DNA of 64,000 bases, taken from assembly GCA_016709005.1 (NCBI GenBank), contig JADJEU010000002.1:44941-108940 (forward strand), in the 5' to 3' direction. Shown here in pieces: positions 48,934 through 59,325 of this stretch (position 1 is its first letter; each line of letters begins with the position of its first letter). The notes beneath the pieces were generated by a model, which was not told the origin of the DNA, ran no database searches, and saw only the letters and a program-made list of their open reading frames with translations. The position numbers were made by a program, and so were the translations under genes. This DNA is from Crocinitomicaceae bacterium (GTDB lineage: Bacteria > Bacteroidota > Bacteroidia > Flavobacteriales_D > Crocinitomicaceae).

Positions 48934-49821
48934 ATGAAAAAGTATTATTCAATTCTGCTCTTCACTTCTCTCCATTCATTCTTACAAATTACATACGCCG
49001 CAATTCATCCCAACAGCCTTGAAGCGCTTTTTGTTAGTGGCAAAATTTCAGTAAATTTTATTGGAAAAGGCGGGCATCAAAATAATTGTGTCCAACTCGT
49101 AGTTAAAAATAATGCTGCAGATTCGGTCAGCGGTTTTGTCGAAGCTGGACGACGGATAAATTCTGTTGATGATTCTGAACAAGACATTTTACTTGTCAAA
49201 TCAGCCAATTTCAGATTAGGAGCAAGACAAACAGACACGCTGGACTTAATTGGTTTTTGCTGTCAGAGTCACAAAGCATCTCCGGTTAAAGGATCTCTAT
49301 TTACTATTGGCGCAATGGCTCCGGCAATCTGGTTATTGATTACCAATTTAATTGATCGTGAAAATTTTCCGGCAGATGCTATTCAAAATGCAATTTGGGT
49401 TCTGTCAGACAATCACGACATACGGTCGATTCCAGCTTATCGTGCACCGGCCGTGGATCGACTGAGACACACTGTTGCAGATATTTTAGACATTGAACTT
49501 CCCTGGTATTCTTTCCGCTATGAAGGCGATAGTGCTCACTTATTTACTGGAACCAAAACGCACTTTTTTGCACAGGTTGCCTTTGACATTCCGCAACGTG
49601 CTATCATCACACCGCAGGTTGCCCTTCCAAACGGAGAAATAATCTATACGGGTGATTCAGAACATTTCAAAGCCGGAGAAAATGTAATTGCGGTTGAATT
49701 TCCAATTCAAAACTGGACTGAGACCGAATATGATCTTTTCTTGACGGAAGATTTTCATACAACAAACAAAAAATTACGCTTTACGCTTAAAGATAACCAA
49801 CAGCCAATGAGTGATCACTGA
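48934..49821 (+). CDS. hypothetical secreted protein (295 aa)
   Basis: ORF track. Signal-peptide-like N-terminus. No family recognised. Confidence 0.55.
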   Translation: MKKYYSILLFTSLHSFLQITYAAIHPNSLEALFVSGKISVNFIGKGGHQNNCVQLVVKNNAADSVSGFVEAGRRINSVDDSEQDILLVKSANFRLGARQTDTLDLIGFCCQSHKASPVKGSLFTIGAMAPAIWLLITNLIDRENFPADAIQNAIWVLSDNHDIRSIPAYRAPAVDRLRHTVADILDIELPWYSFRYEGDSAHLFTGTKTHFFAQVAFDIPQRAIITPQVALPNGEIIYTGDSEHFKAGENVIAVEFPIQNWTETEYDLFLTEDFHTTNKKLRFTLKDNQQPMSDH

Positions 49822-49851
49822 ACTGAAAGCAAGAAATTACTAAAAATTTCC

Positions 49852-49886
49852 GCAAAAAAAAACGTCCCGGCTAAGCCGAGACGTTT
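49852..49886. terminator. bidirectional terminator between convergent genes
   Basis: An A-run, then an AACGTCCCGGC / GCCGAGACGTT imperfect stem, then TTCTT. Confidence 0.65.
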
Positions 49887-49909
49887 CTTAAATAGAAAAT
49901 CAGTTCTGG

Positions 49910-51598
49910 TTATCCAACAATTGCTTTGAAGGAAGCGTTTTCGAAGAATTTAATAAATTCTCTGTCTTTCGCTGCTTTAGCTTTTAAGCTTGAATCTTTA
50001 GCAACTGCTTGAGTTAAGTTTTCAGTCAACATCGTCAAGTCGTTTTTACGAGCTCCGATAATTGCTTTCAAGTAATAACCCATTGCAGAATCTTTATCCG
50101 GTGAAGCATCGATAGTAGTCTTAGCTGCATCGTAATCTCCGTTCAACAATTGAGCAAGAGCTTTGTTGAATGTGTTATTGCTACCAAAGTTTCCGATTGC
50201 CTGAGCATAGTTTCCATTTTGAATATCGATGATACCCAAGTTGTATTTTACTTCAGAACCAGCAGAAACAGCAGATGTATACAATTTAGTTGCTTTAGCG
50301 CGATCTTTCTCTTGAACACGAGCGATAATTCCTAAGTTGTTTAATGTAACCGGGTTTTCTTTAATGCTATTTGCTTTTTCCCAGTTTGTTTTTGCGTTAG
50401 CAAGATCGTTTTGCATATAGTAAACATATCCTACGTTGTTCCAGCCTCTCCAATCTTCAGGGAATCTTGTAGTAGCTAGTTTGTAAAGACGCATTTTTTC
50501 GTTAAGATCTGTGTAAAGCGTAGCAGTAAACAAAATCTCTTCGATCGTTAATGTATCAGGTTTAGAAGTTGAAAGTGATTTCAATTCATCATCTGACCAA
50601 CCAATTTTGTCATAAACAACATTGATTTGAGTTCTTCTAAGTGAAGGAAGAATTTCTTTTTCAAGATCAGTATAGGTTTTACCCATGTTTTTGATCTCTT
50701 CTTCACGTTTAACCGGATCAGGATACATTTGAAGAACGCGGATGATCAATTCTTTATCTTTCAAAGCAGAAGCATTTACAGCACTTTTAAAACCATCCCA
50801 GTCTTCACCTTTTGGTTGTTCATTGTGTGTAATAACTTGTGTAAATTTAGCTTGAGTTAAGATTTTTTCAACTGCAGCTTTACCAGATTTAGCACGATCA
50901 TTAGCCAATTCGCCGTTTTTAGCAACTTCACCTTCTGGTGATGCATACGCTACGTAATTGATTGATTTTACTTTTTTCTTAGGGTTCACCTGAGCATCAG
51001 CCATCCAAGCTTGGAAAGCAGGAATGTCCTTATCTTTCAATTCTGTTGAACGAACATCTGATTTTCCTTTTAGGTAGTTCAATTGTGTACCTGAATAAGT
51101 CTCTTCAGTTGTTCTTACAAAGTTGTCTTTTCCGATAAGAGCTTTATCATCATTCATAACCAAGTATGGAGTGATGATTGTTCCGTCAGCGATTTTTTCA
51201 GGATCTAGTGGAACTACTTTTTTACCTTTTTTAACTTCACCTGTAACCATCAAATCAGCGTTTTCCATAGAAGAATTGTATGGTAACACATCAGTATAGT
51301 TTACTGTTCCGCCTGGTTTGTAAGCAATTGTTTGTCCGTTTCCGGTTGCTTTTTCACCTTGTACTGTAATAGTTTTGAAAGAAGCATCACCCAATTTTGG
51401 AGTGATTTCAGCCGAAGCTTTTTTCTTCAACCCTTTCTCAGGGAATTTTACGGTAACGCTTACTTTAACGCTATCACCGTGCATTTGAACCGGATCTTGT
51501 TGTACGGTGTACTCTACGTCACCAATCAACGTACATCCGGTTAGCATTGCACCTACTACTGCAATGGCTGCTAAACCTCTATAACTTTGCTTTTTCAT
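49910..51598 (-). CDS. lipoprotein with C-terminal TPR-like repeats
   Basis: ATG 51598 gives MKKQSYRGLAAIAVVGAMLTGC (lipobox). The C-terminal third has TPR-like helices (WNNVGYVYYMQNDLANAKTNWEKA...). Confidence 0.65.
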   Translation of the reverse strand: MKKQSYRGLAAIAVVGAMLTGCTLIGDVEYTVQQDPVQMHGDSVKVSVTVKFPEKGLKKKASAEITPKLGDASFKTITVQGEKATGNGQTIAYKPGGTVNYTDVLPYNSSMENADLMVTGEVKKGKKVVPLDPEKIADGTIITPYLVMNDDKALIGKDNFVRTTEETYSGTQLNYLKGKSDVRSTELKDKDIPAFQAWMADAQVNPKKKVKSINYVAYASPEGEVAKNGELANDRAKSGKAAVEKILTQAKFTQVITHNEQPKGEDWDGFKSAVNASALKDKELIIRVLQMYPDPVKREEEIKNMGKTYTDLEKEILPSLRRTQINVVYDKIGWSDDELKSLSTSKPDTLTIEEILFTATLYTDLNEKMRLYKLATTRFPEDWRGWNNVGYVYYMQNDLANAKTNWEKANSIKENPVTLNNLGIIARVQEKDRAKATKLYTSAVSAGSEVKYNLGIIDIQNGNYAQAIGNFGSNNTFNKALAQLLNGDYDAAKTTIDASPDKDSAMGYYLKAIIGARKNDLTMLTENLTQAVAKDSSLKAKAAKDREFIKFFENASFKAIVG

Positions 51599-51712
51599 TA
51601 GATCTGATTTTAAAATCCTATTGTTTATTAAATAACCTAAAAACTGTGCAATATTAACCATTTTTTTTTACCTACACCAGACCTGTCACTATTTTCAGGT
51701 TTTTTGTCTGGG

Positions 51713-52222
51713 TCAATCGTTTGCAACGCCCATTTTTTCTGCGTTTTGGGAACTATCGAGTTGTTGAATCAATTGTGAAACGGATTGACCGGAAATCGGG
51801 TGAGTCCAGTGAGGTTCAATTTCTGATAAAGGCAGCAAAACAAAGTCGCGCAGGTGCATTTGTTCATGAGGAATAGCTAACTGATCAGAGCGATAAACCT
51901 GACCTTTGTAATCGATGATATCCAAATCGATAATTCTGGATTGATAGCCAGACGCTTTTGTTTTTATTCGACCGATTTGTGATTCAATAGATTTGATTTT
52001 AGCTAACAATTCCAATGGATCCAACTGTGATTCAAGAGAAATTACCTGATTAAAAAAATCAGTATCTGCCTTAAAGCCAAAAGGCGCAGAAACATAAACC
52101 GACGATTGAGCCAGGATTTTGCCAACTTGAGTCTCAATTTGCAAGATTGCATTTGCAAGATTTTTTGAGCGATCACCCAAGTTTGTTCCCAGTCCAAGAA
52201 AAATGCGCTGATCTGATTTCAT
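51713..52222 (-). CDS. folK: 2-amino-4-hydroxy-6-hydroxymethyldihydropteridine diphosphokinase (HPPK)
   Basis: IFLGLGTNLGDR start motif, ...RIIDLDII..., LAIPH and ...RDFVLLPL... typical of FolK. 169 aa. Confidence 0.85.
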   Translation of the reverse strand: MKSDQRIFLGLGTNLGDRSKNLANAILQIETQVGKILAQSSVYVSAPFGFKADTDFFNQVISLESQLDPLELLAKIKSIESQIGRIKTKASGYQSRIIDLDIIDYKGQVYRSDQLAIPHEQMHLRDFVLLPLSEIEPHWTHPISGQSVSQLIQQLDSSQNAEKMGVAND

Positions 52223-52295
52223 GTCTCTAAATTAATTCGATTTTTTAGTGTACCGCTAAAATTCCTAATTTTGCAAACACAAAGTATCCTATCGA

Positions 52296-52970
52296 ATGAA
52301 GAAAATTCTGTTGGTTGAAGATGAAGAAAGTTTGATAAATGTACTCACATTAAATCTTGAACTTGAAAATTTTTCAGTGGATGTTGCCACAACCGGTACT
52401 CAAGCATTGTCAAAATTTAATGACGATTATTCACTCGTGATTTTGGATGTGATGCTGCCCGAGTTGAGTGGATTTGATGTGTGCAGAGAAATCAGAAAAA
52501 CGAGTCAAACACCCATTCTTTTTATTTCTGCTAAAGGAACTTCAACCGATAGAATCACCGGATTAAAACTGGGTGCAGATGACTATTTAGTTAAGCCTTT
52601 CAATCTGGAAGAACTTCTGCTCCGTGTAAATATTCTGATCGATCGTCAAAAAGTTGACCTTGGACCAGACGTTTTCAAATTTGATGGTCACGAAATCAAT
52701 TTCAAAACGTATCAGGCAAAAGCAAACGGTGAAAACATCAATCTCTCCAAAAGAGAAATGGAATTATTGAGATTATTAATTGCAAGAAAAGGTGAGGTAG
52801 TTTCAAGAGATTTAATTTTGGATACTATTTGGGGCAAAGATCAGTTTCCAACCAGCCGAACCATCGATAATTATATCCTGAATCTAAGAAAATACTTCGA
52901 AAAAGACTCGCGCAACCCACAGTATTTCAAATCCTTAAGAGGAATCGGATATAAATTTGAAATTAATTAA
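52296..52970 (+). CDS. OmpR/PhoB-family response regulator (no cognate kinase adjacent)
   Basis: Receiver domain (ILLVEDEE, ILDVMLP) plus a winged-helix trans_reg_C domain (LSKREMELLRLL..., RGIGYKF). Confidence 0.9.
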   Translation: MKKILLVEDEESLINVLTLNLELENFSVDVATTGTQALSKFNDDYSLVILDVMLPELSGFDVCREIRKTSQTPILFISAKGTSTDRITGLKLGADDYLVKPFNLEELLLRVNILIDRQKVDLGPDVFKFDGHEINFKTYQAKANGENINLSKREMELLRLLIARKGEVVSRDLILDTIWGKDQFPTSRTIDNYILNLRKYFEKDSRNPQYFKSLRGIGYKFEIN

Positions 52971-53059
52971 TTGGAGTCAGCCAACCCTTTCAAAACGACT
53001 TGCGTCTTAAGTTATAGAAAGCAATTTATTTGCTTCTGGTTTTAATTTCCTTGCACGGT

Positions 53060-53117
53060 AACCTGAAAAGAGCATGCTACTACCACGACTATCAGTAAAC
53101 TCTTTTCAGGTTTTTTT
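53060..53117 (+). terminator. strong hairpin + T-run about 90 nt downstream of the response regulator gene
   Basis: Perfect 13-bp stem AACCTGAAAAGAG / CTCTTTTCAGGTT with a 27-nt loop, followed by a T7 run. Confidence 0.6.
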
Positions 53118-53156
53118 ATTTCCCTAAACCAAGTTTTCATCTTCACATTTCTAAAC

Positions 53157-53190
53157 AAAAAAAACCGTTCTTCTTTCGAAAAACGGTTTC
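53157..53190 (-). terminator. rho-independent terminator of frr
   Basis: AACCGTT / AACGGTT stem. The A-run on the plus strand gives a U-run on the minus-strand transcript. Confidence 0.65.
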
Positions 53191-53209
53191 AGTAAAATTT
53201 AATTTCTGA

Positions 53210-53779
53210 TTAGATTGTCATGATGTCCGCTTCTTTTTTAGCAGCCAATTCATCACAGCGTTTTACGGCGGCATCAGTCAAAGTTTGAATTTTAGTTTCA
53301 ACATCTTTCACACGATCTTCTGGCAAACCATCCGTCTTTAATTTTTTCAAAAAGTCATTAGCATCTTTGCGGTTGTTGCGAATTCCTACTTTAGCATGTT
53401 CAGCTTCTGCTTTTACTTTTTTCACAAGATCTTTTCTGCGCTCTTCAGTCAGCATTGGTACATTCAAAATAATCATCTCACCATTATTCTGTGGATTTAA
53501 TCCAAGATTGGCATCAATAATTCCTTTTGAAATTGCATCCAAAATTCCACGCTCCCAGGGTTGAACAGTCAATGTGCGTGCGTCCATGGTATTGATATTT
53601 GCCAGTTGATGCAATGGAGTCATTGCGCCATAATATTCCACGTTCACACTATCCAGCATTGACGGGGTCGCTTTTCCTGCACGCACTTTTTCAAGTTCGA
53701 GTATCAGGTGGGCAATCGTCTTATCATTTCCGTCTTTTGCTTCTTCGAGTAAGAGCATTACTTCTTCTTCCATAATCAA
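53210..53779 (-). CDS. frr: ribosome recycling factor
   Basis: 189 aa. Characteristic RRF sequence (VRAGKATPSMLDSV.VEYYG..TPL.QLA). Confidence 0.95.
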   Translation of the reverse strand: MIMEEEVMLLLEEAKDGNDKTIAHLILELEKVRAGKATPSMLDSVNVEYYGAMTPLHQLANINTMDARTLTVQPWERGILDAISKGIIDANLGLNPQNNGEMIILNVPMLTEERRKDLVKKVKAEAEHAKVGIRNNRKDANDFLKKLKTDGLPEDRVKDVETKIQTLTDAAVKRCDELAAKKEADIMTI

Positions 53780-53784
53780 TGTAA

Positions 53785-54492
53785 TTAAACGGTGACTAAA
53801 GTACCAATTTTTTCTCCTGAAACCACTTTCATCAAGTTGCCTTTTTGATTCATGTCAAATACAATTATCGGCAAATCATTTTCTTTACAAAGCGTGAATG
53901 CGGTCATATCCATCACATTCAATCCACGATTATATGCTTCGTCAAAAGTGATCGTATCAAACTTAGTTGCTGATTTATCTTTTTCAGGATCTGCAGGATA
54001 CATTCCATCCACTCGCGTACCTTTTAAAATCACATCTGCATCAATTTCAATTGCACGCAATGCAGCTGCCGAATCAGTTGTAAAATACGGACTTCCTGTA
54101 CCTGCTCCAAAAATAACTACGCGTCCTTTTTCTAAATGTCTTACTGCTCTTCTTTTAATAAAAGGTTCAGCAATTTCTTTCATTTCGATGGCTGATTGTA
54201 ATCTTGTATAGATTCCCAATTTATCTAAAGCCGCCTGAAGCGCCATACTGTTAATCATGGTGGCAAGCATTCCCATATAATCACCTTGCGTACGATCCAT
54301 TCCACCACGTTCTGCCTGAACACCTCTGAAAATATTTCCACCACCAATTACAATCGCAACTTCCACTTTTGCATCGCAGATTTTTTTTATTTCATCGGCA
54401 TAATCATTGATGATTTTATTATCGATTCCAAATTGTTTATCACCCATGAGTGCTTCTCCACTCAGCTTCAGCAGGACTCTTTTGTATTTCAT
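53785..54492 (-). CDS. pyrH: UMP kinase
   Basis: [15 protein letters not shown]..., GGGNIFRG and [11 protein letters not shown] motifs. ATG 54492 is preferred over the upstream TTG. Confidence 0.95.
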   Translation of the reverse strand: MKYKRVLLKLSGEALMGDKQFGIDNKIINDYADEIKKICDAKVEVAIVIGGGNIFRGVQAERGGMDRTQGDYMGMLATMINSMALQAALDKLGIYTRLQSAIEMKEIAEPFIKRRAVRHLEKGRVVIFGAGTGSPYFTTDSAAALRAIEIDADVILKGTRVDGMYPADPEKDKSATKFDTITFDEAYNRGLNVMDMTAFTLCKENDLPIIVFDMNQKGNLMKVVSGEKIGTLVTV

Positions 54493-54553
54493 GTTTTCGT
54501 TTTTTGGCAAAAAAAAAGAGAGACTAAATCTCTCTTCTTTTCATTTTAAATAA

Positions 54554-55390
54554 TTATTTCAGCGCAACTCGTTTGAAGTCGGTTACGGTTAATCCGGCTA
54601 AGGTATCGTTGAGGAATTGCTCAACTGATTTTTTGTTATCCAGAATAAACTCTTGTTGAAGTAACGTACTTTCTTTGAAGAATTTCTGAAGACGTCCCTG
54701 AGCAATTTTCTCAGCCATGTCAGCAGGTTTTCCTTCTTGAATAGCAAGTTCTTTTCCAATTTCAATTTCGCGTCTGATCGTATCAGCGTCAACTCCTTCT
54801 TTATTCAAAGCAATTGGAGCCATTGAAGCAACTTGCATCGCTACTTTTTTACCAGCTTCTAAAGCAGCATCGCCACCTTTAGACATACCTACCAATGAAG
54901 CAATTTGATTTCCAGGGTGATTGTAAGCAACCACTGCCTCAGCATCAATAATGCTCATGTTTGAGATTTCCAATTTTTCACCAATTACACCAACTTGCTC
55001 AGTGATTTTCTCAGCAACAGTCAATGAAGAATCATACTTTTCATTCATCAAAGCTTCTACAGAAGCAGGACGAGTTTTGATAGCAAGATCTACGAAGCTT
55101 TCAACCAATTTATAATAAGACTCGTTTTTTGCAACGAAATCAGTTTCACAATTTAAAGCAAGTACAAGACCTGATTTTCCACCATTGAAAACTTTAGCAA
55201 TTGCCAAACCTTCTTTAGCTTCATTGTCACCTCTTTTTGCAGCAACTTTTTGTCCTTTTTTGCGAAGGATATCAATTGCTTCCTGGATATCGCCATTAGC
55301 TTCAACTAATGCCTTTTTACAATCCATCATTCCGGCACCAGTTTTTGCTCTTAGGTCATTAACCTGACCAGCTGTGATTACAACTTCCAT
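54554..55390 (-). CDS. tsf: translation elongation factor Ts
   Basis: N-terminal UBA-like LRAKTGAGMMDCKKAL and EF-Ts core. 278 aa. Confidence 0.95.
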   Translation of the reverse strand: MEVVITAGQVNDLRAKTGAGMMDCKKALVEANGDIQEAIDILRKKGQKVAAKRGDNEAKEGLAIAKVFNGGKSGLVLALNCETDFVAKNESYYKLVESFVDLAIKTRPASVEALMNEKYDSSLTVAEKITEQVGVIGEKLEISNMSIIDAEAVVAYNHPGNQIASLVGMSKGGDAALEAGKKVAMQVASMAPIALNKEGVDADTIRREIEIGKELAIQEGKPADMAEKIAQGRLQKFFKESTLLQQEFILDNKKSVEQFLNDTLAGLTVTDFKRVALK

Positions 55391-55413
55391 GATATTAAAT
55401 ACTTTTTAAAAAA

Positions 55414-56196
55414 TTAATTTTCTGAACCTTCAACGTTCACTTTTACTTTTGAACGAGCTGGTTTTTTTGCAGACTCTTCAGCTTCTTCTTTCGCTCCAGC
55501 TCTTGAGTTTTTACGCTCTTCCAAACCTTCGTTAATTGCTTCGCTTACTTTGTCAAGAATTTTTGCAATTGATTTTGTTGCATCATCGTTTGAAGGAATG
55601 ATAAAATCAATTCCGCGAGGATCTGAGTTTGTATCAACCATTGCAAAAGTAGGAATACCTAATTTCTTAGCTTCTTTAATTGCAATGTGTTCTTTCAATA
55701 CGTCGATTACGAAAATTGCTGCAGGTACACGAGTCATGTCAGCAATTGTTCCGTAGTTTTTATCAAGTTTAGCACGAGTACGTGACATTTGAAGACGCTC
55801 TCTTTTAGAAAGAGTTTTCATTGTTCCATCCTCATCCATTTTATCAATTGAAGTCATTTTGCGGATTGCTTTACGGATAGTTCCGAAGTTTGTAAGCATT
55901 CCACCTGACCAACGTTCAACAACGAAAGGCATTTTTGTTGGGTTAATACGCTCAACCAAAATATCTTTTGCTTGTTTTTTGGTAGCAACGAATAAAACTT
56001 TTTTACCTGATTTTGCGATTTGTTTCAAAGCAGCGCAAGCCTGATCCAGGTGAACTGCTGTTTTATTTAAATCAAGAATGTGAATTCCTTTTTTCTCTGT
56101 AAAAATATATGGAGCCATATAAGGATTCCATTTACTTTTTAAGTGTCCAAAATGAACACCAGCCTCTAACAATTCTTCAAATGTTGTTTTTGTCAT
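55414..56196 (-). CDS. rpsB: 30S ribosomal protein S2
   Basis: LLEAGVHFGH..., ERWSGGMLTN. Lys/Glu-rich C-terminal extension. Confidence 0.95.
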   Translation of the reverse strand: MTKTTFEELLEAGVHFGHLKSKWNPYMAPYIFTEKKGIHILDLNKTAVHLDQACAALKQIAKSGKKVLFVATKKQAKDILVERINPTKMPFVVERWSGGMLTNFGTIRKAIRKMTSIDKMDEDGTMKTLSKRERLQMSRTRAKLDKNYGTIADMTRVPAAIFVIDVLKEHIAIKEAKKLGIPTFAMVDTNSDPRGIDFIIPSNDDATKSIAKILDKVSEAINEGLEERKNSRAGAKEEAEESAKKPARSKVKVNVEGSEN

Positions 56197-56377
56197 TTTT
56201 GTTCTTTTGCGCCGGTCCTTTCGTCCGACTGATTGCTTACTTTCTTTTTACTTTTTACCTCACCTGGCTCCTGCAGGATATGGCTTTGTCGTTCTAAAGC
56301 AATTGCTGAGTAGCATTCCAAATCTCAGGAATAGTCTCAGCAATTTAGATTCTAAACGATCATGGAAGATCTTAAGA

Positions 56378-56764
56378 TTAACGTTTAGAGAACTGGAATC
56401 TCTTTCTTGCTTTCTTTCTTCCCGGTTTCTTGCGCTCCACCATACGGGGATCTCTGGTCATTAATCCTTCTGCTTTCAAAAGTGTTTTGAAATCTGGATT
56501 AATTTCTACCAAAGCACGTGAAATTCCAAGACGAACTGCTTCAGCTTGTCCATTCACTCCACCGCCATCAACGTTGACATTTACGTCATATTGACCCAAT
56601 GTGCTGGTCAATTGAAAAGGTTGATTTACTTTATCCAACAATACTGGAGTTTTAAAGTAATCTTTTACTTCTCTTTCGTTAACAGTGACTTTGCCTGAAC
56701 CTTTAGAAAGATAAACACGCGCAACGGCTGTCTTTCTTCTTCCTAATGTGTTTGTTACACTCAT
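56378..56764 (-). CDS. rpsI: 30S ribosomal protein S9
   Basis: [10 protein letters not shown]..., [19 protein letters not shown] and the C-terminal ...[12 protein letters not shown]. Confidence 0.95.
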   Translation of the reverse strand: MSVTNTLGRRKTAVARVYLSKGSGKVTVNEREVKDYFKTPVLLDKVNQPFQLTSTLGQYDVNVNVDGGGVNGQAEAVRLGISRALVEINPDFKTLLKAEGLMTRDPRMVERKKPGRKKARKRFQFSKR

Positions 56765-56783
56765 AGTTTGGTTTATTCTTTAC

Positions 56784-57239
56784 TTATTTGATTGAATCGA
56801 TCTTAATAGCCTCTGGTTTTTGAGCATCCTGGTCATGTTTAGGACCTGCATAAACTTTAAGGTTTCTGTACATCGCACTTCCTAGTTTGCTTTTTGGCAA
56901 CATACCTTTTATCGCCTTTTCAACAAGACGCTCTGGTTTTTTTGCAAGGAATTCACGAGGAGTAGTTTCTCTTTGTCCACCAGGATAACCTGTATGGTGG
57001 ATGTAGATTTTTGTCTCCATTTTGTTTCCGGTCAAGACTACTTTCTCTGCGTTAACTACAATGACGTTGTCACCGCAATCTGAATTGACAGTAAAATTAG
57101 TTTTGTGTTTCCCTCTTAAAAGGAAAGCTACGTTGCTCGCTAAACGACCGAGTGTCTGACCTTCTGCATCAACCAACAACCACTTCTTATCAGCGGTTTC
57201 TTTATTGATTGAAACTGTTTTGTAGCTCAATGTATTCAC
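56784..57239 (-). CDS. rplM: 50S ribosomal protein L13
   Basis: KWLLVDAEGQTLGRLAS.VA.LLRGKHK and HHTGYPGG motifs. Confidence 0.95.
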   Translation of the reverse strand: MNTLSYKTVSINKETADKKWLLVDAEGQTLGRLASNVAFLLRGKHKTNFTVNSDCGDNVIVVNAEKVVLTGNKMETKIYIHHTGYPGGQRETTPREFLAKKPERLVEKAIKGMLPKSKLGSAMYRNLKVYAGPKHDQDAQKPEAIKIDSIK

Positions 57240-57411
57240 AATATTTTGCTTTTAATTATTAGTACTTCTTCCCTATAATCGGGGTGCAAATGTACAACGA
57301 TTAATTTTATTAACAAAAATTCCTTCGAAATTTCTTAAAATAATCTTAGAACCCCGCTTATACGCCAAGAGTTTGTTACTTTTGCAGACCAAATTTACAC
57401 AAAGGAACTCA

Positions 57412-59313
57412 ATGAGTGATCCAATTAAGCACGAATGCGGGATAGCGCTACTTCGCCTCAAAAAACCTCTTGAATTTTATCTTCAAAAATACGGGACGCT
57501 CTTATATGGCCTGAATAAGATGTATCTCTTAATGGAGAAACAGCATAACCGCGGGCAAGATGGAGCCGGATTGGCAAACATAAAGTTTGATGTTGAACCC
57601 GGGCACAGATATATTAGTCGATCAAGATCAGTAGACAATCAGCCCATTCAGGAAATATTTCGCAAAATAAATTCGCGGATTGGTGAAATAGAGTCAAATA
57701 ATCCCTCCCATTTAAGAAATGTCGAATACATGAAAAAACATGCCGGCTTTACCGGTGAACTTTTTCTGGGACATTTAAGATATGGAACCTTTGGAGGAAA
57801 CAGCATTGAAAATTGTCATCCTTTTTTGAGACAAAATAATTGGAAAACGCGCAGCTTACTATTAGCAGGTAATTTTAATCTCACAAACAACGACGAACTT
57901 TTTGAACTCCTGTTAAAACTTGGTCAGCATCCAAAGGCCATGAGTGATACCGTAACAGTAATGGAAAAAATAGGTCACTTTCTGGATCTTGAAAATGACA
58001 AACTTTACGCTGACTATAAAACGGATGAACTTTCTAATCGCGATGTATATAATCTGATTGGTCAGAATTTAGACATACAACGCATACTAAAAAAATCTTC
58101 TGAAGTTTGGGACGGTGGTTATGCTATGGCTGGATTAATTGGTCATGGTGATGCTTTTGTATTGAGAGATCCGAACGGAATTCGTCCCGCATTTTGGTAT
58201 GAAGATGATGAAATTTGTGTTGTGACTTCAGAACGTCCCGTTATCCAAACTGCATTTAATGTTCCATTTGAAAGCATCAAAGAAGTGAAACCGGGGCACG
58301 CACTTATTATTAAACGCAACGGTGATGTCAGTGAACAAATGATCAAAGAACCAGCTGAATTAAAACAGTGTTCTTTTGAACGAATTTATTTTTCACGTCC
58401 AAGTGATGTGTCTATTTATAAAGAAAGAAAAGAACTTGGCCGCACTTTGGTCGACGCTACTTTAGAAGCGATTGACGGTGAAATTGACGATGCTGTTTTC
58501 TCTTACATTCCAAATTCTGCAGAGACATCTTTCTACGGTTTGATTAAAGGTTTAGAAGATTTTCAAAATGATATCAAACTAAAACTCATTCGAGAAAAAG
58601 GTGCAAGTTTATCAGATACGGAATTAAAAACCATTCTTGACAAAAGAACTCGAATTGAAAAAATCGCAATTAAAGACACCAAACTTCGAACCTTTATTAC
58701 ACAAGATAAAGGACGTGAAGATTTAGTTGCACACGTTTATGATATCACCTATGGAACAGTTCGCGCGGGAAAAGATCATCTAGTTGTTATTGATGATTCT
58801 ATTGTTCGCGGAACAACTTTGAAAAAAAGTATCCTGCGAATTTTAGATCGCTTGAATCCAAAAAGAATTGTGGTTCTGTCAAGTGCACCGCAAATTCGTT
58901 ATCCGGATTGTTATGGAATTGACATGGCAAAACTTGGAGATTTTATAGCCTTTGAAGCTGCCATTGAATTATTGAAAGAGCGAAACATGGCACATGTTAT
59001 AGACGATGTTTATTACAAGTGTAAATCGCAAGAAGCTCTGAAAAAAGAACTCATTGTAAATCACGTAAAAGAAATTTACAAACCGTTTTCAGCAAAGGAA
59101 ATTTCAGACAAGATTTCGCAAATGTTGCGACCAGAAACTTTGAAGGCTGAATTAAAGATTGTTTTTCAATCGATCGAAAATCTGCATCTATCTTGTCCGG
59201 ATCATAAAGGAGATTGGTATTTCACAGGGGACTATCCAACGCCCGGAGGAAATAAAGTTGTCAATCGTGCATTTATAAATTATGTCGAAGGAAAAAATCA
59301 ACGCGCCTATTAA
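57412..59313 (+). CDS. purF: amidophosphoribosyltransferase (long class II glutamine amidotransferase form)
   Basis: N-terminal MSDPIKHE-CGIA (nucleophile Cys after a short propeptide), a glutaminase domain, and the PRTase motif VVIDDSIVRGTT. Confidence 0.9.
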   Translation: MSDPIKHECGIALLRLKKPLEFYLQKYGTLLYGLNKMYLLMEKQHNRGQDGAGLANIKFDVEPGHRYISRSRSVDNQPIQEIFRKINSRIGEIESNNPSHLRNVEYMKKHAGFTGELFLGHLRYGTFGGNSIENCHPFLRQNNWKTRSLLLAGNFNLTNNDELFELLLKLGQHPKAMSDTVTVMEKIGHFLDLENDKLYADYKTDELSNRDVYNLIGQNLDIQRILKKSSEVWDGGYAMAGLIGHGDAFVLRDPNGIRPAFWYEDDEICVVTSERPVIQTAFNVPFESIKEVKPGHALIIKRNGDVSEQMIKEPAELKQCSFERIYFSRPSDVSIYKERKELGRTLVDATLEAIDGEIDDAVFSYIPNSAETSFYGLIKGLEDFQNDIKLKLIREKGASLSDTELKTILDKRTRIEKIAIKDTKLRTFITQDKGREDLVAHVYDITYGTVRAGKDHLVVIDDSIVRGTTLKKSILRILDRLNPKRIVVLSSAPQIRYPDCYGIDMAKLGDFIAFEAAIELLKERNMAHVIDDVYYKCKSQEALKKELIVNHVKEIYKPFSAKEISDKISQMLRPETLKAELKIVFQSIENLHLSCPDHKGDWYFTGDYPTPGGNKVVNRAFINYVEGKNQRAY

Positions 59314-59325
59314 ACTCAATTTTAT

